DNA of 64,000 nucleotides, taken from positions 186,001 to 250,000 of the forward strand of contig MU058257.1 in the NCBI GenBank assembly GCA_013265495.1, given 5' to 3'. Each line of letters begins with the position of its first letter. Positions within the stretch are counted from its first letter, which is position 1. Shown here one piece after another: positions 26,401 through 39,360 of the stretch. Made by a program: the position numbers and the translations under genes. Below the pieces are notes generated by a model, which worked only from the letters and a program-made list of their open reading frames with translations, ran no database searches and was not told where the DNA came from. The stretch is from Vicugna vicugna (lineage: Eukaryota).

Positions 26401-28162
26401 AATCCATGTCAATTTAAAATAGGGTCTCGATTGCTTGATCAGTCTTCATTTCTGCCCTGTTCATGCCTTTCCAATTTGTAAAGGGATAAGAAAATCAGTG
26501 CCAAAGATTTTTTTAAAGTAGGAATCTGGGTTCTCAGACAAATATAAAATGAACATGTGTCCATTAATTAACACTACAACTGGCTCCAAGGGGAACCCAA
26601 AGAACAGATGCCTATGAAAGCAATCAGAAATGCTGAAACAGATTTGCTAGTAGATCCGAGACCGGCAGCCTCTTTCCCAGGGTGGAAATCGATTGCATGT
26701 CCACCAGACAAAATCCATTTGTCTTTCTACGGATAAGAATTCTCTGCATGACTGTGTTTCCTACAATTTATAGTTGCAAACAGCTCAGGCAAAAGCAATG
26801 AAAGACACAGACCCCTGTATAACCAGACAACCCAGAAGAATTTGCTAGATGACACCAACAATCCATTGAATGGGAAACTCAGTAATCTTTCTGCCCATTT
26901 CAAAGCCTTTCCCACTTTTCCCTGACAAAAAGAGGAAACAATGATCATAAAGCAGTCTGAGGTTTTGTGCCGGGACCAGGTACCAGCAGAGAGCAGAAAA
27001 GATTGTGGCTTAGCAGCAGTGCACGTGGGACTGGCTTAGGAGTTTAAATCAGTATTCGGTGTGATGAGGCTGCCAAAAAATCTTACTCCCCCCCTCCCCC
27101 CGAATTCAGACATTGTCTGTAGAATGAGAGAAGGGAGGGGACTGCTCTGGTCCTCTGTGATCAGACAACTGGGTTCTGTGTACCACCTTTGATGAGGACT
27201 AGAGGCAGTCAGGAGGGTAAAGGGGTGCAGAATGATGGAGGAATCCACGAACATTCAGTCTGGAGAAAAAAAGCTCAATAGGAATGGGATAGCTGCCTTC
27301 CAATTCTTACAGGACAAACGTGGAAGGAGGCTTAAGGAAAACAGCCCTAAATAATAACCCAGCGTATGATGATGATGTGCGTACCAGTCAAGATTGAGCT
27401 TTACTCTCCGACAAACCCTGAGCTAAGCACTCGACAAGTGTCATCTCATTTAATCCTCACAACAAGGAGAATCTGGTGGCCAAGCCTGGACTTGGCAGAC
27501 AGAGATGTCAAGCTTTGGGTAGAAGCAAAGGTCTTTAAGTCTCTTTGAGCTTGGAGATTACACGGTTCTGTGTCTCCCTTCTGCTCAAAGACCCCCAATG
27601 GATTCCCACTGGCTATTATATTAAGTACAAATTTCTCAGCCTGCCAATGAAGTCTCTTCACAGGATGACTTAGATCACTCTCTCCAGGTTTGTCACCCAA
27701 ATATGAACACCCAAGAAGGTACCAAATCCAGCCATAAAGGGTGCTTACTCAACCAACTCATACTCCATTGAGCCAACTCTCCATCCTCCACAATGCTACC
27801 CACACGTTTCCATCTCCATTGCTACCTCTTCCACAAAGTCATTCTAGCATGTTCTTTCCCACCTCTCCCACCATCTCCCTCCTCCAGCAGCACTCTGCAT
27901 TCCTTTGGCCACTATCGTACTTAATAAGCACTTGCTCGATCTCTTCACCAGACCGCAAACTCCTTGAGGGGAGGGTTGTTGAACAGATGTGCGGAAAGGC
28001 CAGTGAAGGAAGGTGGGACCCAGTTGGGGAACAGAAGCTTAAAAACCTTCCACAGCAACAGGAAGAATCCCAGGCCCTTCACCAGGGAAGCAGTTTCTGA
28101 TGTGTCTCCATCACACGTGCTCCCCCAAGAGTTATCTTCTCTTTTTTCTCGCCTATGAACAG

Positions 28163-28282
28163 AATGAGAAAGGTGTGAAGACTGTTTTCTGAAGGCTATC
28201 TGGCTCATCTAGAGATGCCGGCATTCTCAAGAGATGACCTGGGCAGTCTTGGCCTCCTCTGCTCTGTACAAAAGTCCCGACA
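28163..28282 (+). pseudogene. Pseudo-exon (beta-propeller-like blade)
   Basis: Long pyrimidine tract plus AG; donor ACA|GTAAGT; ERCEDCFLKAIWLI*RCRHSQEMTWAVLASSALYKSPD. Confidence 0.55.
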
Positions 28283-29366
28283 GTAAGTCAACGAGGGTTT
28301 GATAAATGACTTATTGTAGTGAGGGTCCAGAGTGGACAAGAACACTTGGGTCCAGATTACAGAGGGCCTTGAACACCATGACGGGGAGCACCGACGGATT
28401 CTTGATCTGGAAACTGACTTCCCTACGAGAGTCTCTCTAACTGTGTTACAGGTATTTTTAAAAAATAAGCTTGTACAATTTTCTTTTTTTTTTTTTTGAC
28501 CTCTCATTCATCCATGTCTTGTTCCAGTTGCTCTTAAAACATGATCACAGACAGCTCATAGTTGTGCGTTTCCTCTGCTTTTTGTCACCCACCTCCCACC
28601 TGGACCTAGAATCTGCCTTTCCCCTCCTCCATGGACACAGACATTTCCTATGCCAGTTTCCCCTCCTGCAAATCCCTGTCCTGTCCGCTTTTCTTTTGAG
28701 GGTTTTCCTTTTTGCCTCCCTTTGCTCTGTTTCAATGAACTGTCACTGACTTGGATTTGGGGTTCTCTGGTTTCCATGACTCAGGTCTGACTCTCTTCCT
28801 GTTGAAGGTGGCAGAGAAATCCAACCTACCCAGCAAGCAATCAGGAATTTCTCGCTAATCAGTGGGTCACCTGAGCTTTTTCCATCTCTTTTCCAGAAGC
28901 ATTGAGAGGGACAGCGGTGACCTCACCACCCCTGAGCTGGGTGGTCTCCCACGACTCTGGCCAGCCTTCCCAGTGGAAATAACATAAGGATGGTGCTATG
29001 AGTGGCCACTTCACTGTCAACCCTTAAAACAGCCCTCTTGCATGGGCTATACTACTCCTCCGCCAGCGGTACAGACGCCAAGTACAGCAAATGAAGAGCA
29101 TCTCCAGTGTCCCTGAGCCAGTGAGTGGCAGAGCCAGGATTTAAGCCCCAGCTGTCCTGACTCCACGTGTGTGCCCCTCCCCCGGACTTCACATTTTGCA
29201 CTGGGGTTTTTACGTTTTCTTTAATGCACTGTCCTGAACACAAATTTCACAAAGGAAAACCAAATCGGCCCATTAAAAAAAAAACACATCTGAACCCTCT
29301 AACACAGTGACACTAACCCTCTTGTGAACGTATTCGATGTGTCCCTGTACAAACTTGCCACATCAG

Positions 29367-29465
29367 AACTACCCTCTGTCTGGTTCGCATTGTGAAGCAC
29401 AACTATATAGAAGCACAACTATATATAGAACAAAGGATCAAGAAACATGGATTCATGGCTTCCAG
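29367..29465 (+). pseudogene. Pseudo-exon (blade with Asp-box-like motif), frameshifted by a 16-bp duplication
   Basis: After removing one copy of GAAGCACAACTATATA it reads ELPSVWFAL*STTIYRTKDQETWIHGFQ; bounded by AG and CAG|GT. Confidence 0.55.
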
Positions 29466-29609
29466 GTTAAGTTTACCGTATTTCCTATAATCTTCTTTTC
29501 TCTTCTTTTTCTAGATTCTCTCCCTGTTTCTGTTTCTAGAGATTTCCTTTTAAAACAATTGCCAAGACTTAAATGAACCCATTTGCTCTCCTTTTCTCCC
29601 TCTTAACAG

Positions 29610-29700
29610 CCTCTCACCATCATGGTCTCCTATCTTTGGACTCTGGATAAGCCCACAACACTCTCACACACTGGAAAGCATAGCCCCTTCCCGTAGACCA
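29610..29700 (+). pseudogene. Pseudo-exon (end uncertain)
   Basis: Strong acceptor ctccttttctccctcttaacAG; LSPSWSPIFGLWISPQHSHTL vs [21 protein letters not shown]. Confidence 0.4.
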
Positions 29701-30457
29701 CTGTCAAGTTCACAGCATCCTCAAATTTTGCTCTATCGAAGGATGATTCAATTATGTCCTTCCCTGTTTGTTCCCTGCAGTGACCTCACATCTAGGACAT
29801 AATTTCATTTTTCCCTCTCTTTTTAAAAAATGTTCCCAAAGGGGTGTCAAGAAGTACCAAAAATTCATTACTCAAAAAAAATTAGTAGACAAGTTAAAAG
29901 GTGTAAAAGGGTGTATGTCCTTGTCACATCCCTCAGCTTCCTACGCACAGGTTACCACCGTCACCAGTTTTTTGACAATTCAAACAAGAAAGACCTGTGT
30001 GAATACCTTACTGCCCTCTGTGGCTTTAAGCTACTTCAAAGAAAATCCACCCATTTAGTTCAGTCAACTTGAATCACTTTCCATCATCAGCCTGGACTTA
30101 AATGGCACTTCTCTTGGGAGTCTTTCCTGTCCCTCCCAAGCCTATCAGGTGGCCCTTGTTCATCCCCATGACACTAGGCACTTAACCCTTCGTCCATCAG
30201 GCTTATCAAGCAGGATGGAAACCGCCTGTCTGCTCCTTACCCGGGGCAGAGCCAGCAGAGTAGCTGGCACACAGGATACATTCAGGAAATATTTCATGAA
30301 TTATTGTATTATCTGAATACCAATGGATACTTCGAACTATGCATTGAGTCCTGGGAATACAAAGGCAAACAAGCCAAGGTATCTACCCTAACCTTCCTGG
30401 CTCTTCATATAGTTTACCTTAAAAAAAAAAAAGTCATAAAGAGAAAGATCCACTTTC

Positions 30458-31176
30458 AGAATGTAGTTTGGTGCAGCCACTATGGAAAACAGTATAGAGA
30501 TTCCTCAAAAAAACAAAAATAGAGTTACCATATGATCCAGCAATCCCACTCCTGGGTATATATCCAGAGGGAACTCTAATTCAAAAAGATACATGCACCC
30601 TAACGGTCTCAGCAGCACTATTCACAACAGCCGAGACATGGAAACAACCTAAATGTCCATCGGCAGATGACTGGATACAGAAGATGTGGTGTATTTATAC
30701 AATGGAATACTACTCAGCCGTAAAAAAGAATAAAATAATGCCATTTGCAGCAACATGGATGGACCTGAAGACCATCACTGTGAGTGAAGTAAGCCAGAAA
30801 GAGAAAGAAAAATACCATATAGTATCACTTATATGCAGAATCTGAAAAAAAAAAAAGAGACAAATGGACTTATTTTTAAAACAGAAGCAGACNNNNNNNN
30901 NNNNNNNNNNNNNNNNNNNNNNNNNNNNNNNNNNGGGAGTGGGATAAATTGGGAGTTCGAGATTTGCAGACACTAACTACTATATATAAAATAGATAAAC
31001 AACAAGTTTCTTCTGTATAGCACAGGGAACTATATTCAATACCTCGTAATAACCTATAATGAAAAAGCATATGAAAGGGAACATATGTATTTATATGGAT
31101 GACTGAAACATTATGCCATACACCAGAAATTGACACATTTGTAAACTGACTATACTTCAGTTAAAAAAAAAAAAAA
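30458..31176 (+). mobile_element. Young L1 3' end (contains N gap 30893-30934)
   Basis: ORF2 C-terminus/3'UTR, poly-A, degenerate TSD GAAAGAT(C/G)CACT(T/G)TCA. Confidence 0.92.
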
Positions 31177-31507
31177 GAAAGATGCACTGTCATTAATTCT
31201 ACATCATCTAGGTCCATTTAGCAGCACACTCAGTACTTCTCATTTGCCTGACCAGTCCTTTCTCTTACTCAGTGTTCTGCAGTCTCCCTTTAGTGCCAAA
31301 GTGCGTCCCAGGACTCCCATCAGTTTGTGTTGGCCAAAACATCAAAAGACTTTACCCTGCAGTGGTTGCCATTTTTCCTTTCTCTGCAGCATCTGATTAA
31401 CTCTCCAGGGCCAACTACTGAGAATATTGGCAAGAAATTAGCTGATGAACGTGCATCCCCTAATCTAACAACTTTATTAAAAAAGTTACACACAGTTTAC
31501 AAATATA

Positions 31508-31825
31508 CAGTCATCCCTTGGCATCAACGGGAGATTAGTTCCAGGACTTCCGTGGATACCAAACTCCAAGGATGCTCAAGTCCCTTCTACAAACTAGCAT
31601 CCTATTTGCATATAAGCTACCACACAATCCTCTGTATAATTTAAACCATCCTTAGATTACTTATAATACCTAGTACAATGTAAAACCCATGTAAATAGTT
31701 GTAAGTATAATGTAAATACTATTTTAAGAGTTGCCAGTGCATGGGAAATGCAAGTTTTGCTTTTTAGAACTTTCTCTTTTTTTTCCCAAATATTTTCAAT
31801 CCGCAGTTTGTTGACTCCGGGGAGG
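31508..31825. mobile_element. MER2 (Tigger family)
   Basis: TA-CAGTCATCCCTTGG...GGATGCTCAAGTCCCTT...TAGATTACTTATAATACCTA...TTTTCAATCCGCAGTT. Confidence 0.85.
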
Positions 31826-32239
31826 ACCAAATGTAGTCTCTAGACATACTCAGAGGCAGCGTGTGTTGGCTGGTGCCCTGGGTTGTTGGAGCAGAAAAGT
31901 GGCTTAAAGCCTCAGCAGAGTCCATCTGGGTCTCACACCAGCCTTCAGACCAAGCACAGGCTGGCAGAAATAATAATTTCATCATATCTAATGGGCAATC
32001 GTATTTAAATATCAGCGATAACCAGGAATAATGTTAGCTTTTGTTTGCTTTGTTTTAAAGAAGAATGCAATTACTCTTGGTATTGTTGATATTTAAATAT
32101 GACTGCCTATTAGGTACGATGAGATTATTACTCGTTTTCTTAGGTATGATAGTGCTTGTGTGGGCAGGTAGGAGAATGTTCTCACTCATAGGAAAGGCAT
32201 ACTGAAGGATCACATGTCTGCAAATGTTTGGGAAAAATA

Positions 32240-32275
32240 TGCGTGCGTGTGTGTGTGTGTGCGCGTGTGTGTGCA
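32240..32275. repeat. (GT)n/(GC)n microsatellite
   Basis: Direct reading. Confidence 0.9.
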
Positions 32276-34105
32276 TGCACACATATGTTTACAGAGAGAG
32301 ACTGAAAGAGAGAGGAAATACCATTTTTACAAAATGATCTTTGAATTCCCTTTTTGCAGTCATTTTAAATTTCCAAGACTGCATCAAGACCCTATGACCA
32401 AATAGCCTGAAAATTACTTTTTTAAACCAACAGTGAGTCTATGCAAACAAAAAACACATTCTTTATGTTCTAATTTCAGCCTTTAAAAATCTAAATATTC
32501 TGTCTTATCTTGCATCATCTCAACAAAGTTTCAAACCTTCTGAGTACACGAAAAATTATAACTTTAAAAAATTATCTTCATTGATTTTATTTATCCTAAT
32601 TTTTACCAACGTTTTGACTCCCTTCCTACCCTCAATGATCCTTTGTGATTCAGGCTTTAATCAGGACCTGTCTTGTCTTTTGTCTTTGGATTTTATTCTT
32701 TTATGTCTTCATTTGTTCTTTCATCTCCATCACTTACAGAGATTTCTCTCTTTTTTCCTTGCTGTCAGGATTTTTCTGTAGATTTGTCTCCTGTTCAGTG
32801 CAATAATTTAGTTCTCTAATTTGCCTTGCCTTCACCGCACCTCTTACTGCCTCTCTATCTTTTTCTATCAGCCTTCACTTTCTGGAAAGGGGGGCCCCTT
32901 GGTCCCCCTACTGCCGCCCCACCTCTCTTCTTTGGTTACATGCAGCTCTCTGAGTGCTTTTTCAAATCTGGCATTTGATTTAAAGTTTTATTTAAAATAG
33001 AAACACATTTTTATAAATTATAAATATTATCTATTTATTTATAACGTATAATTTTATATTTATACATGTTATATTTATAAATAAATATATAGAATAGATA
33101 TTATATATATGGCACTTAAACATTTNNNNNNNNNNNNNNNNNNNNNNNNNNNNNNNNNNNNNNNNNNNNNNNNNNNNNNNNNNNNNCTCCCCCCTCCCCC
33201 GGCCACTCCCACAGCTTCCTGCCATTTCACCTTTTCTCTGGTTCACAGAACCCTTGAATGATAATCCTCTTTTATTTTCCTGAACTTCTGAACTCCTCTT
33301 GCAACGTCTTTTACCTCCGGTCTGGCAATCAGCCTCGGATTCCTTTATCTGCCCGTGGCTTGGCTGGAACTTTCTGCCCACGGAGAGTGAGGAGGGCGGG
33401 TTTCCACGGGTCCTGCGTCCTTCCTCGCTTCTGACCGCCAGGCCAGGCCACGCTGCGTTTTTCCTTTCCCCTGATCTCTCCTTCCCTGTCGGGCCTGGAC
33501 TCACTACCCAGTGATCTTTTTTCCTTTTTCTCTGCTCCTTGGTCTCCATGGTGTGCGCACCTCGGGGTGCTCCCCCGACCCCCCTTGTCCTGTTCTGATT
33601 CTGGGCAAATGGAACCGCCTTTCAATCCCATGGGTCGGAGCTCTCATTTCACCGCCTCGCAGAGGGGGTCCCCCGCAGCCTGCACCCCCGAGCTGCTCAG
33701 TTTCAGGAGGCCCGCGCTCCGGGGCTCCATCAGCTGGCCGGGCTCTTCGCGATCACGGAACCTCGCCCTGCTCTCAAAGGTGGAAGTCATCCCGCCACCT
33801 CCCTGCCACATGCAACTGCGCATTCCTCCGTCCACGCCCCGATCTGACCCAGGACTTCACTTGGTATTTCCTTGCCGTCTATTTCATTTCATTGTCCTGG
33901 CTTATTAGCCATTCCAGAATAGCATCTTTTGTAACCCCAGTTATTTCTCACTTTAGACGTAAAAGCGTTTGTTTCTTGTCCTACTTGGTGTGGTGCGGTC
34001 GAAAAATCAAATCACAGGCTCCCTTTTCCATCCTCCAAATATTTTTTAACATGTGTCATGTATTGTCCTCCTTTGAAGGCTTAGTAACGCTAACGCTTAT
34101 TCCAG

Positions 34106-34260
34106 GGAAGTAAATTTCACGCGTGTGTCTTCTGGGGATTACTTTGTACTCTCAATTCTCTCAACAAAATTCCTGGCTTGGAATGTTTTTCAGATGACAA
34201 AACACCCTTTCTGAATGACTGGGTGATCAGTTCCCTTCAGATCAGCCAACAACTCGGTTT
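34106..34260 (+). pseudogene. Pseudo-exon (end uncertain)
   Basis: Acceptor cttattccAG; VFWG / (1-nt shift) DYFVLSILSTKFLAWNVFQ aligns without gaps to [31 protein letters not shown]. Confidence 0.55.
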
Positions 34261-34629
34261 AAGTCCTTTCTCCTCCCTGAAAGAAAAAGAAACTCGGTAT
34301 CATTTTGTATCCCGACCCTTCTCAGGAAGCACAGTTTTTTTCTCTTCTCCCAAGTCCCACCTTAACATCTGACTGCTTCTACGCCCTTTTTGATTCTAGG
34401 TCTGTGACTAAAACTCACTAGAAAAAAGTGGTTCTCCGTGAACTGCTGTTAGCATGCCACCAGCCAGTCAGGTCAACAGGTATTTACCAAGCAGTTGTAG
34501 TGGAAGGTCATCACAAAAATAGCCTTGTCAAATTCTCACAGTGGGGAGGCGCTGGACCAAGTTGTGAGGGGTCCCTCTCACCAGGCACCCCTCTGGGTCA
34601 TCCACACATCTTGTAGGACGCATGGCTTC

Positions 34630-35127
34630 AGGGAGAAAAAGACCTTTCCTCTATTCTCTTAAATTCTGTCATTGGGGTCCTGCAAATTAAACTAACAACA
34701 GACAAAATAACAGGAGAAAAGGCGTCTGATGTTTACTAATATTTTACATGCACCAGAGTTCATAGAAGTAAAACTCAAAGAGGTGATTGGGCTCTGGGGC
34801 TTAAATATCATTTTAACAAAGGAAAGAGGGTTTGGGCTTCAACAAATTACAGGGAAGTGACTGGTTATATACAGAAGAACTAATGTGAGATGAGGGTTAT
34901 TTCAGTAAAGTCTGTGCAAACCCATCTTGGTTCTCTCTTTCCACCTCTGGTGATGTGAGTCGTCCTCCTCTTCCTGGCACAGGAGAGAGGGACACTGTCA
35001 CCGAATGAAATTGATGCCAGAGAACTCTTCTGGCCTCTGTTGATTCTCAGTAGCCTTCAGCTCAAAATAATCCTTATGCCAAAGTGGCACCTTCTGGGCA
35101 GTGGGGGGTGCCTCCTGACCCTCTTCA
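34630..35127 (-). mobile_element. ERV1 solo LTR, MER34-like
   Basis: AATCCTTATGCCAAAGTGGCA is the reverse complement of the 5' end of the 1919 LTR; other blocks are also shared. Confidence 0.75.
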
Positions 35128-35975
35128 CCAGGAAGTGCAATGGTGCTGACATTTTATACTGGTGCCTCACAGCAAGCAGTGCTTTCTGATTAGCATTCCC
35201 ATTTTTCAGCTGAGTAAACCGTGGCTTTGCGAGGTGAATCCTTTTCCTTCTCTAATCTCATCTCCAAATGACTCGATTCAATGACCTTGTGCAGTTCTGG
35301 AATCTCACCTTGCTTCCCGCTCGGGCTCATTCGTGTAGCTGTCACTGAAACTGCTCTGAAGAACCTATTTGGCTCCTGAACTTTCACGGTGGGGAGCCGT
35401 CGGTGTCTTCTCCCTGATTTCTCCTGCTACCCCTGAGCGAAAGAATGAAAGACACTGGAGCAAGGAGAGACCCTTAACTCCTGCGGCTGGAATGAGAACC
35501 CACACCCAGTGCCCAGGTCTCCGTGCCCTTCGGTTCAGCCTCAAGCTTGCTCTTGCGGCCATCTCCTGCTGTAGTCTCGAGTGCTCCTGGGAGTTCAAGC
35601 CCCATCTTCACTGCCCGCAGGGGTGTCCCTGAGCTGATGTTCCAGCTGATTCTTCCCAATTAAGAGTCTCCCTGAACATTACAACATCAAGAAATTTGAG
35701 CCGTTAGTGGCAGAAATAAACTAAGGACTTACGGAATCACAGATTTTTAGATTTGGAATAGCCCCAGGGCAGGGAGTGTTTTTTTCCCACTGGAGGAGCC
35801 TGCCAGCTGTGTGAGTTTTACCAATGACGGGGAGGACATGCCTCAAATCCAGTCTATTTCAGAAGCTTTACTCATATTTATTTTCTTCTGCCACTAATCC
35901 TTTCTAGTGCCCAAATTTCATGATGTTATTTGAGTGGAATTAAATTGGAACAGCTTACGTTATCTGATTAATTAG

Positions 35976-36100
35976 AGTCAGCTTTGACCACAGTGATTAA
36001 GAGGTCCAATCCTGTTAGTGTAACATTTTGCCCATCAGGCCATGGTTACACAAGACCGTGAAGAGTTAGAGACTGCTGGTCTACTTGTTTCTGGATACAG
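35976..36100 (+). pseudogene. Pseudo-exon
   Basis: Ends TVKS*RLLVYLFLDT (vs [23 protein letters not shown]; the TAG falls at the Tyr position); phase-1 donor CAG|GTAATT. Confidence 0.6.
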
Positions 36101-36139
36101 GTAATTAACTTGAAATACTTAAAAACCTTTAGGAGGGCA

Positions 36140-36515
36140 ATGCAATGGAATATCCTTCAGCTATGAAAAGGAACCACGTGCTGGCGCACCCTACAACACA
36201 GGGGAACCTCAAAACGTCACGATACAGGGTGGAAGCCAGATTCCAGAAGGTCATTGATGGCATGATTCCATTTATAGGAAAAGCCCAGAATTGGGGAATC
36301 CACAGAGAGAACCCACAGACAGGTGGCTGCCAAGGGTTGGGGGAGGAGAGAATGGGGAGTGATTGTTTAATGGGAGTAGGGTTTCTTTGGGGGGGTGGAA
36401 ATGTTTTGGAATTAGAGGTGGTGTTTGCACAACATTGAGAATGTACTAAATGACACGTAATTGTCCCCTTTGAAGTGGCTAATTTTATGCTATATGAATT
36501 TTACTTCAATTAAAA
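36140..36515 (+). mobile_element. L1MB 3' end fragment (fills a pseudogene intron)
   Basis: ATGGAATATCCTTCAGC...GATTCCATTTATAGGAAA...AAATGTTTTGGAATTAG...AATTTTATGCTATATGAATTT. Confidence 0.8.
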
Positions 36516-36531
36516 TTACTTTGCTCTCCAG

Positions 36532-36651
36532 ATGTTACCACATTGATCCCTTGGTGACAATCTGTTTTAATATTGATCTTTAATTTTTGTATTAATTCTT
36601 CAGTGGGTCCAGGTGGTGTATGATCTGAAACTCTTGCCAACCCTTAAAAGG
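36532..36651 (+). pseudogene. Pseudo-exon
   Basis: Acceptor ttgctctccAG, phase 1 matching the upstream donor; DVTTLIPW*QSVLILIFNFCINSSVGPGGV vs [35 protein letters not shown]. Confidence 0.6.
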
Positions 36652-37294
36652 GTTTTGTGTGTGTGTGTGTGCGCGCTTTTAAAACAACCAGAAGACTAGG
36701 AAGATGGAAGGCGTATTTAACAAACGTGTAAAGGTTGTGTGCCTCACAGAATGTTAAATACAGTGGCCCTGAGCTCAGAGCAGGTCAGCGGACGATGTGC
36801 AGGTCAAGGCCACTAGTGTTAACCCGAGAACCCAGGGTTCAAATTCAGATACCCAGCACAATGGGGAGGTGAAGAAGGCCCCTACTCCACCCATCCCCAT
36901 CAATTGGAGATTCTCAAGGAGGGTGTGAGCACAGGAGTGTACAAGAGTCTGGTAAGTGTGCAAATAAAAAGTGTAAACACAGGCTGACCAAGAAGCTCGG
37001 CTTCAGTGTGCCCAGGTAGGGGCTGCATTTGAGACAGATCTGGGAGGACAAGGATGCTGATAGACGCTGGTATGAGTGTCACAGGTGGAAGGAATGACGT
37101 GATAAACGTGGGGGGCGGGGAGACCCCGGTGAGGGCCCTCACCCCCAGTTTGGACTGGGATGAATTGGAACTGGAGTGAAACATACACGTGTGGGAAGTG
37201 ACGTTTTCACTCTCAGTTTCAGGTCTAGTGTTAAGTCCACTTTCTCTTCAGTCCTGTGTCATATTTATCAGGCCCTCAAGCAGTGTTGATTTGC

Positions 37295-37328
37295 ACACAC
37301 ACACGTGCACACACACACACACACACAC
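37295..37328. repeat. (CA)n microsatellite
   Basis: Direct reading. Confidence 0.9.
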
Positions 37329-37529
37329 TGAGGTACCTATCTCAGTACTGACCTGTGACCTTGTGCTTCCTAACACGCAGGTAGGCCGAGCGATCCCCCT
37401 GCCCCTCGAAAGCCTTGCCTACTTGATCCTTATGCTTACCTTATTTTAACCAAAGGCAAAGACTGTCACTCTATAATTCAAGCTAAAATTTAAAACATAG
37501 GTGCACTCAAAGAAGTGATGCAGCTTAAA

Positions 37530-38570
37530 AATATCCTAAACACAAGCACCAAATAAAAAAATAGATACATCAGACCTCATCAAAATTAAAAAACAGTTTT
37601 TGCTTCACAGAAAGCTATCCGGAAAGCAAAACAAATGATCCTCAAAAATGGGGAAAAAATATTTGCAAATCGTCTTTCTAGTCAGGGTCTAGTATCCAGA
37701 ATATGTGAAGAACTCTTACAGCTTGAGAATGAAAAGACAAATAACCCAACTGAAAAATGGGCAGAGGATTTGAAGAGACATTTCTCTGAAGAAGATGTAC
37801 AAATGGCCAATAAACACCTGAGAAGATGATGGACATCATGAGTCATTAGGGAAATGCAAATCCAAACCACAGTGAGATAGGACTTCACATCCATGAGGAT
37901 GGTCATAACCAAAAAGGCAGATGATAACCAGCACCGGTGAGGATGTGGAGAAAGTGACACCCTGAGACATTGTCGGTGAGAATGCAGAATGGTGCGGCCA
38001 CTCTTTGGCACTTTCTTTGGCAGTTTCTTAAAAAGTTAGACATAGAGTTTCCATATGACCCAGCAATTCCACTCCAAAGTATATAATCAAGAGAAACGAA
38101 AACATACCCACACAAAAACCTCTACAGAAATGTTCATGACAGTATTAATCACAATAGCCCAAAGGTGGAAACAACACAAATGTCCATCAACTGATGAGTG
38201 GATAAACCAAATAAGGGACGTGGAATATTATTCAGCCATAAAAAGGAATGAAGTACTGATTAATGCTACAACATGGACGAACCTTGAATACATTCTTCTA
38301 AGTGAAAGGAGCCAGACACAAAACTCATATTGTAGGATTCCTTTTGAAGGAAATATCCAGAATAGGCAAATATCTGGAGACAGAAAATAGACTAGTGCTG
38401 GACGTGAGGGGAATGGAGCCTGGCTGCTAATGGACTCGGAGTTTCTTTTCTGGAATGATGAAAATGTTCCAGAATTAGTGGTAACAGTTGCACAGTTTGG
38501 GAATATATTAAAAAACCACTTTAAAGGGGGTGAATTCTATTAGATGTGTATTATAGTTTAAAAAAAAAAA
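37530..38570 (+). mobile_element. L1MB ORF2 3' part and 3'UTR
   Basis: Degenerate ORF2 peptide (KIFAN...[14 protein letters not shown]), followed by the L1 3'UTR. Confidence 0.9.
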
Positions 38571-38921
38571 CACCAAACCTAAGGTATAGATTATGTTTTT
38601 CAGCTTCTGAGAACAAACATTAGGTGGGAGGATAAGGCTGAAACAGCAGGAAGTCACAGGAGCCCCAGGCTGGCCGTGTAGACAGGCTCAGACAGGAGAA
38701 TGGGCACTGTGCCCTAGGCTACTCTCTGTCTTGGTCATTTTTGGCCACCCCTCCCCCATCTTTCCTCTCCCACTGTAGAAGGGAAGTCACCTCAACCGCG
38801 GGAGGGCAAGTAACCAAAATCGACATTCTCAGCCTTGAGAGTCATTTTAGGCACAAAAAACAGCCAAGTGACTTTCAAAAAGTGCAACCAACAAAATATG
38901 TATATATTTTTTTCCCCACAG

Positions 38922-39045
38922 TTAAGAAAGGAAAGGATAATGACAAATCCTGGCTTTGGGAAGTGCTCACTTGCCAAAAAATCATCGAAAGTGTATGATC
39001 CCAACTCAATCGTCTGCATCTTTACACGTGTCTCAAGATGACAGG
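38922..39045 (+). pseudogene. Pseudo-exon
   Basis: Very strong acceptor (tttttttccccacAG) and donor AGG|GTGAGC; LRKERIMTNPGFGKCSLAKKSSKVYDPNSIVCIF aligns without gaps to [42 protein letters not shown]. Confidence 0.65.
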
Positions 39046-39360
39046 GTGAGCTGTAGGTGTTCACAGAAAGCAGAGTCCTTGGGGCCCAGCAGGTGTCTGC
39101 TGCCTTCCGAAGGGGCGATCAGGGAGCCGGCACTGCCCGCTTGAGAAGGTAACTCGGGAACTTGGTGTGGAAGGAGCATCCTTCGGGGATCTACCAGCTG
39201 GGATCAGGTGTCTGAATCTGGACGGAATAAGAACACACCCTCTTTCACAACAAAAGGAGATGCCCACTCGGTAACCCAAGAGGGGGCTTTGACTTTGAAA
39301 TTGTTAACACACTTTGGATCAAGTGAAAAACTTGGGAGGGAAAAGCAAACATCCTTTGGG

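Noticed and set aside
28500..28780. Poly-T followed by a minus-strand ORF (possible processed pseudogene)
   Set aside because: No recognisable parent protein or TSD; low-complexity or L2-like composition.
32600..33600. Minus-strand purine-rich, coiled-coil-like ORFs
   Set aside because: More consistent with a very old antisense L1 5'/ORF1 remnant; no intact frame.
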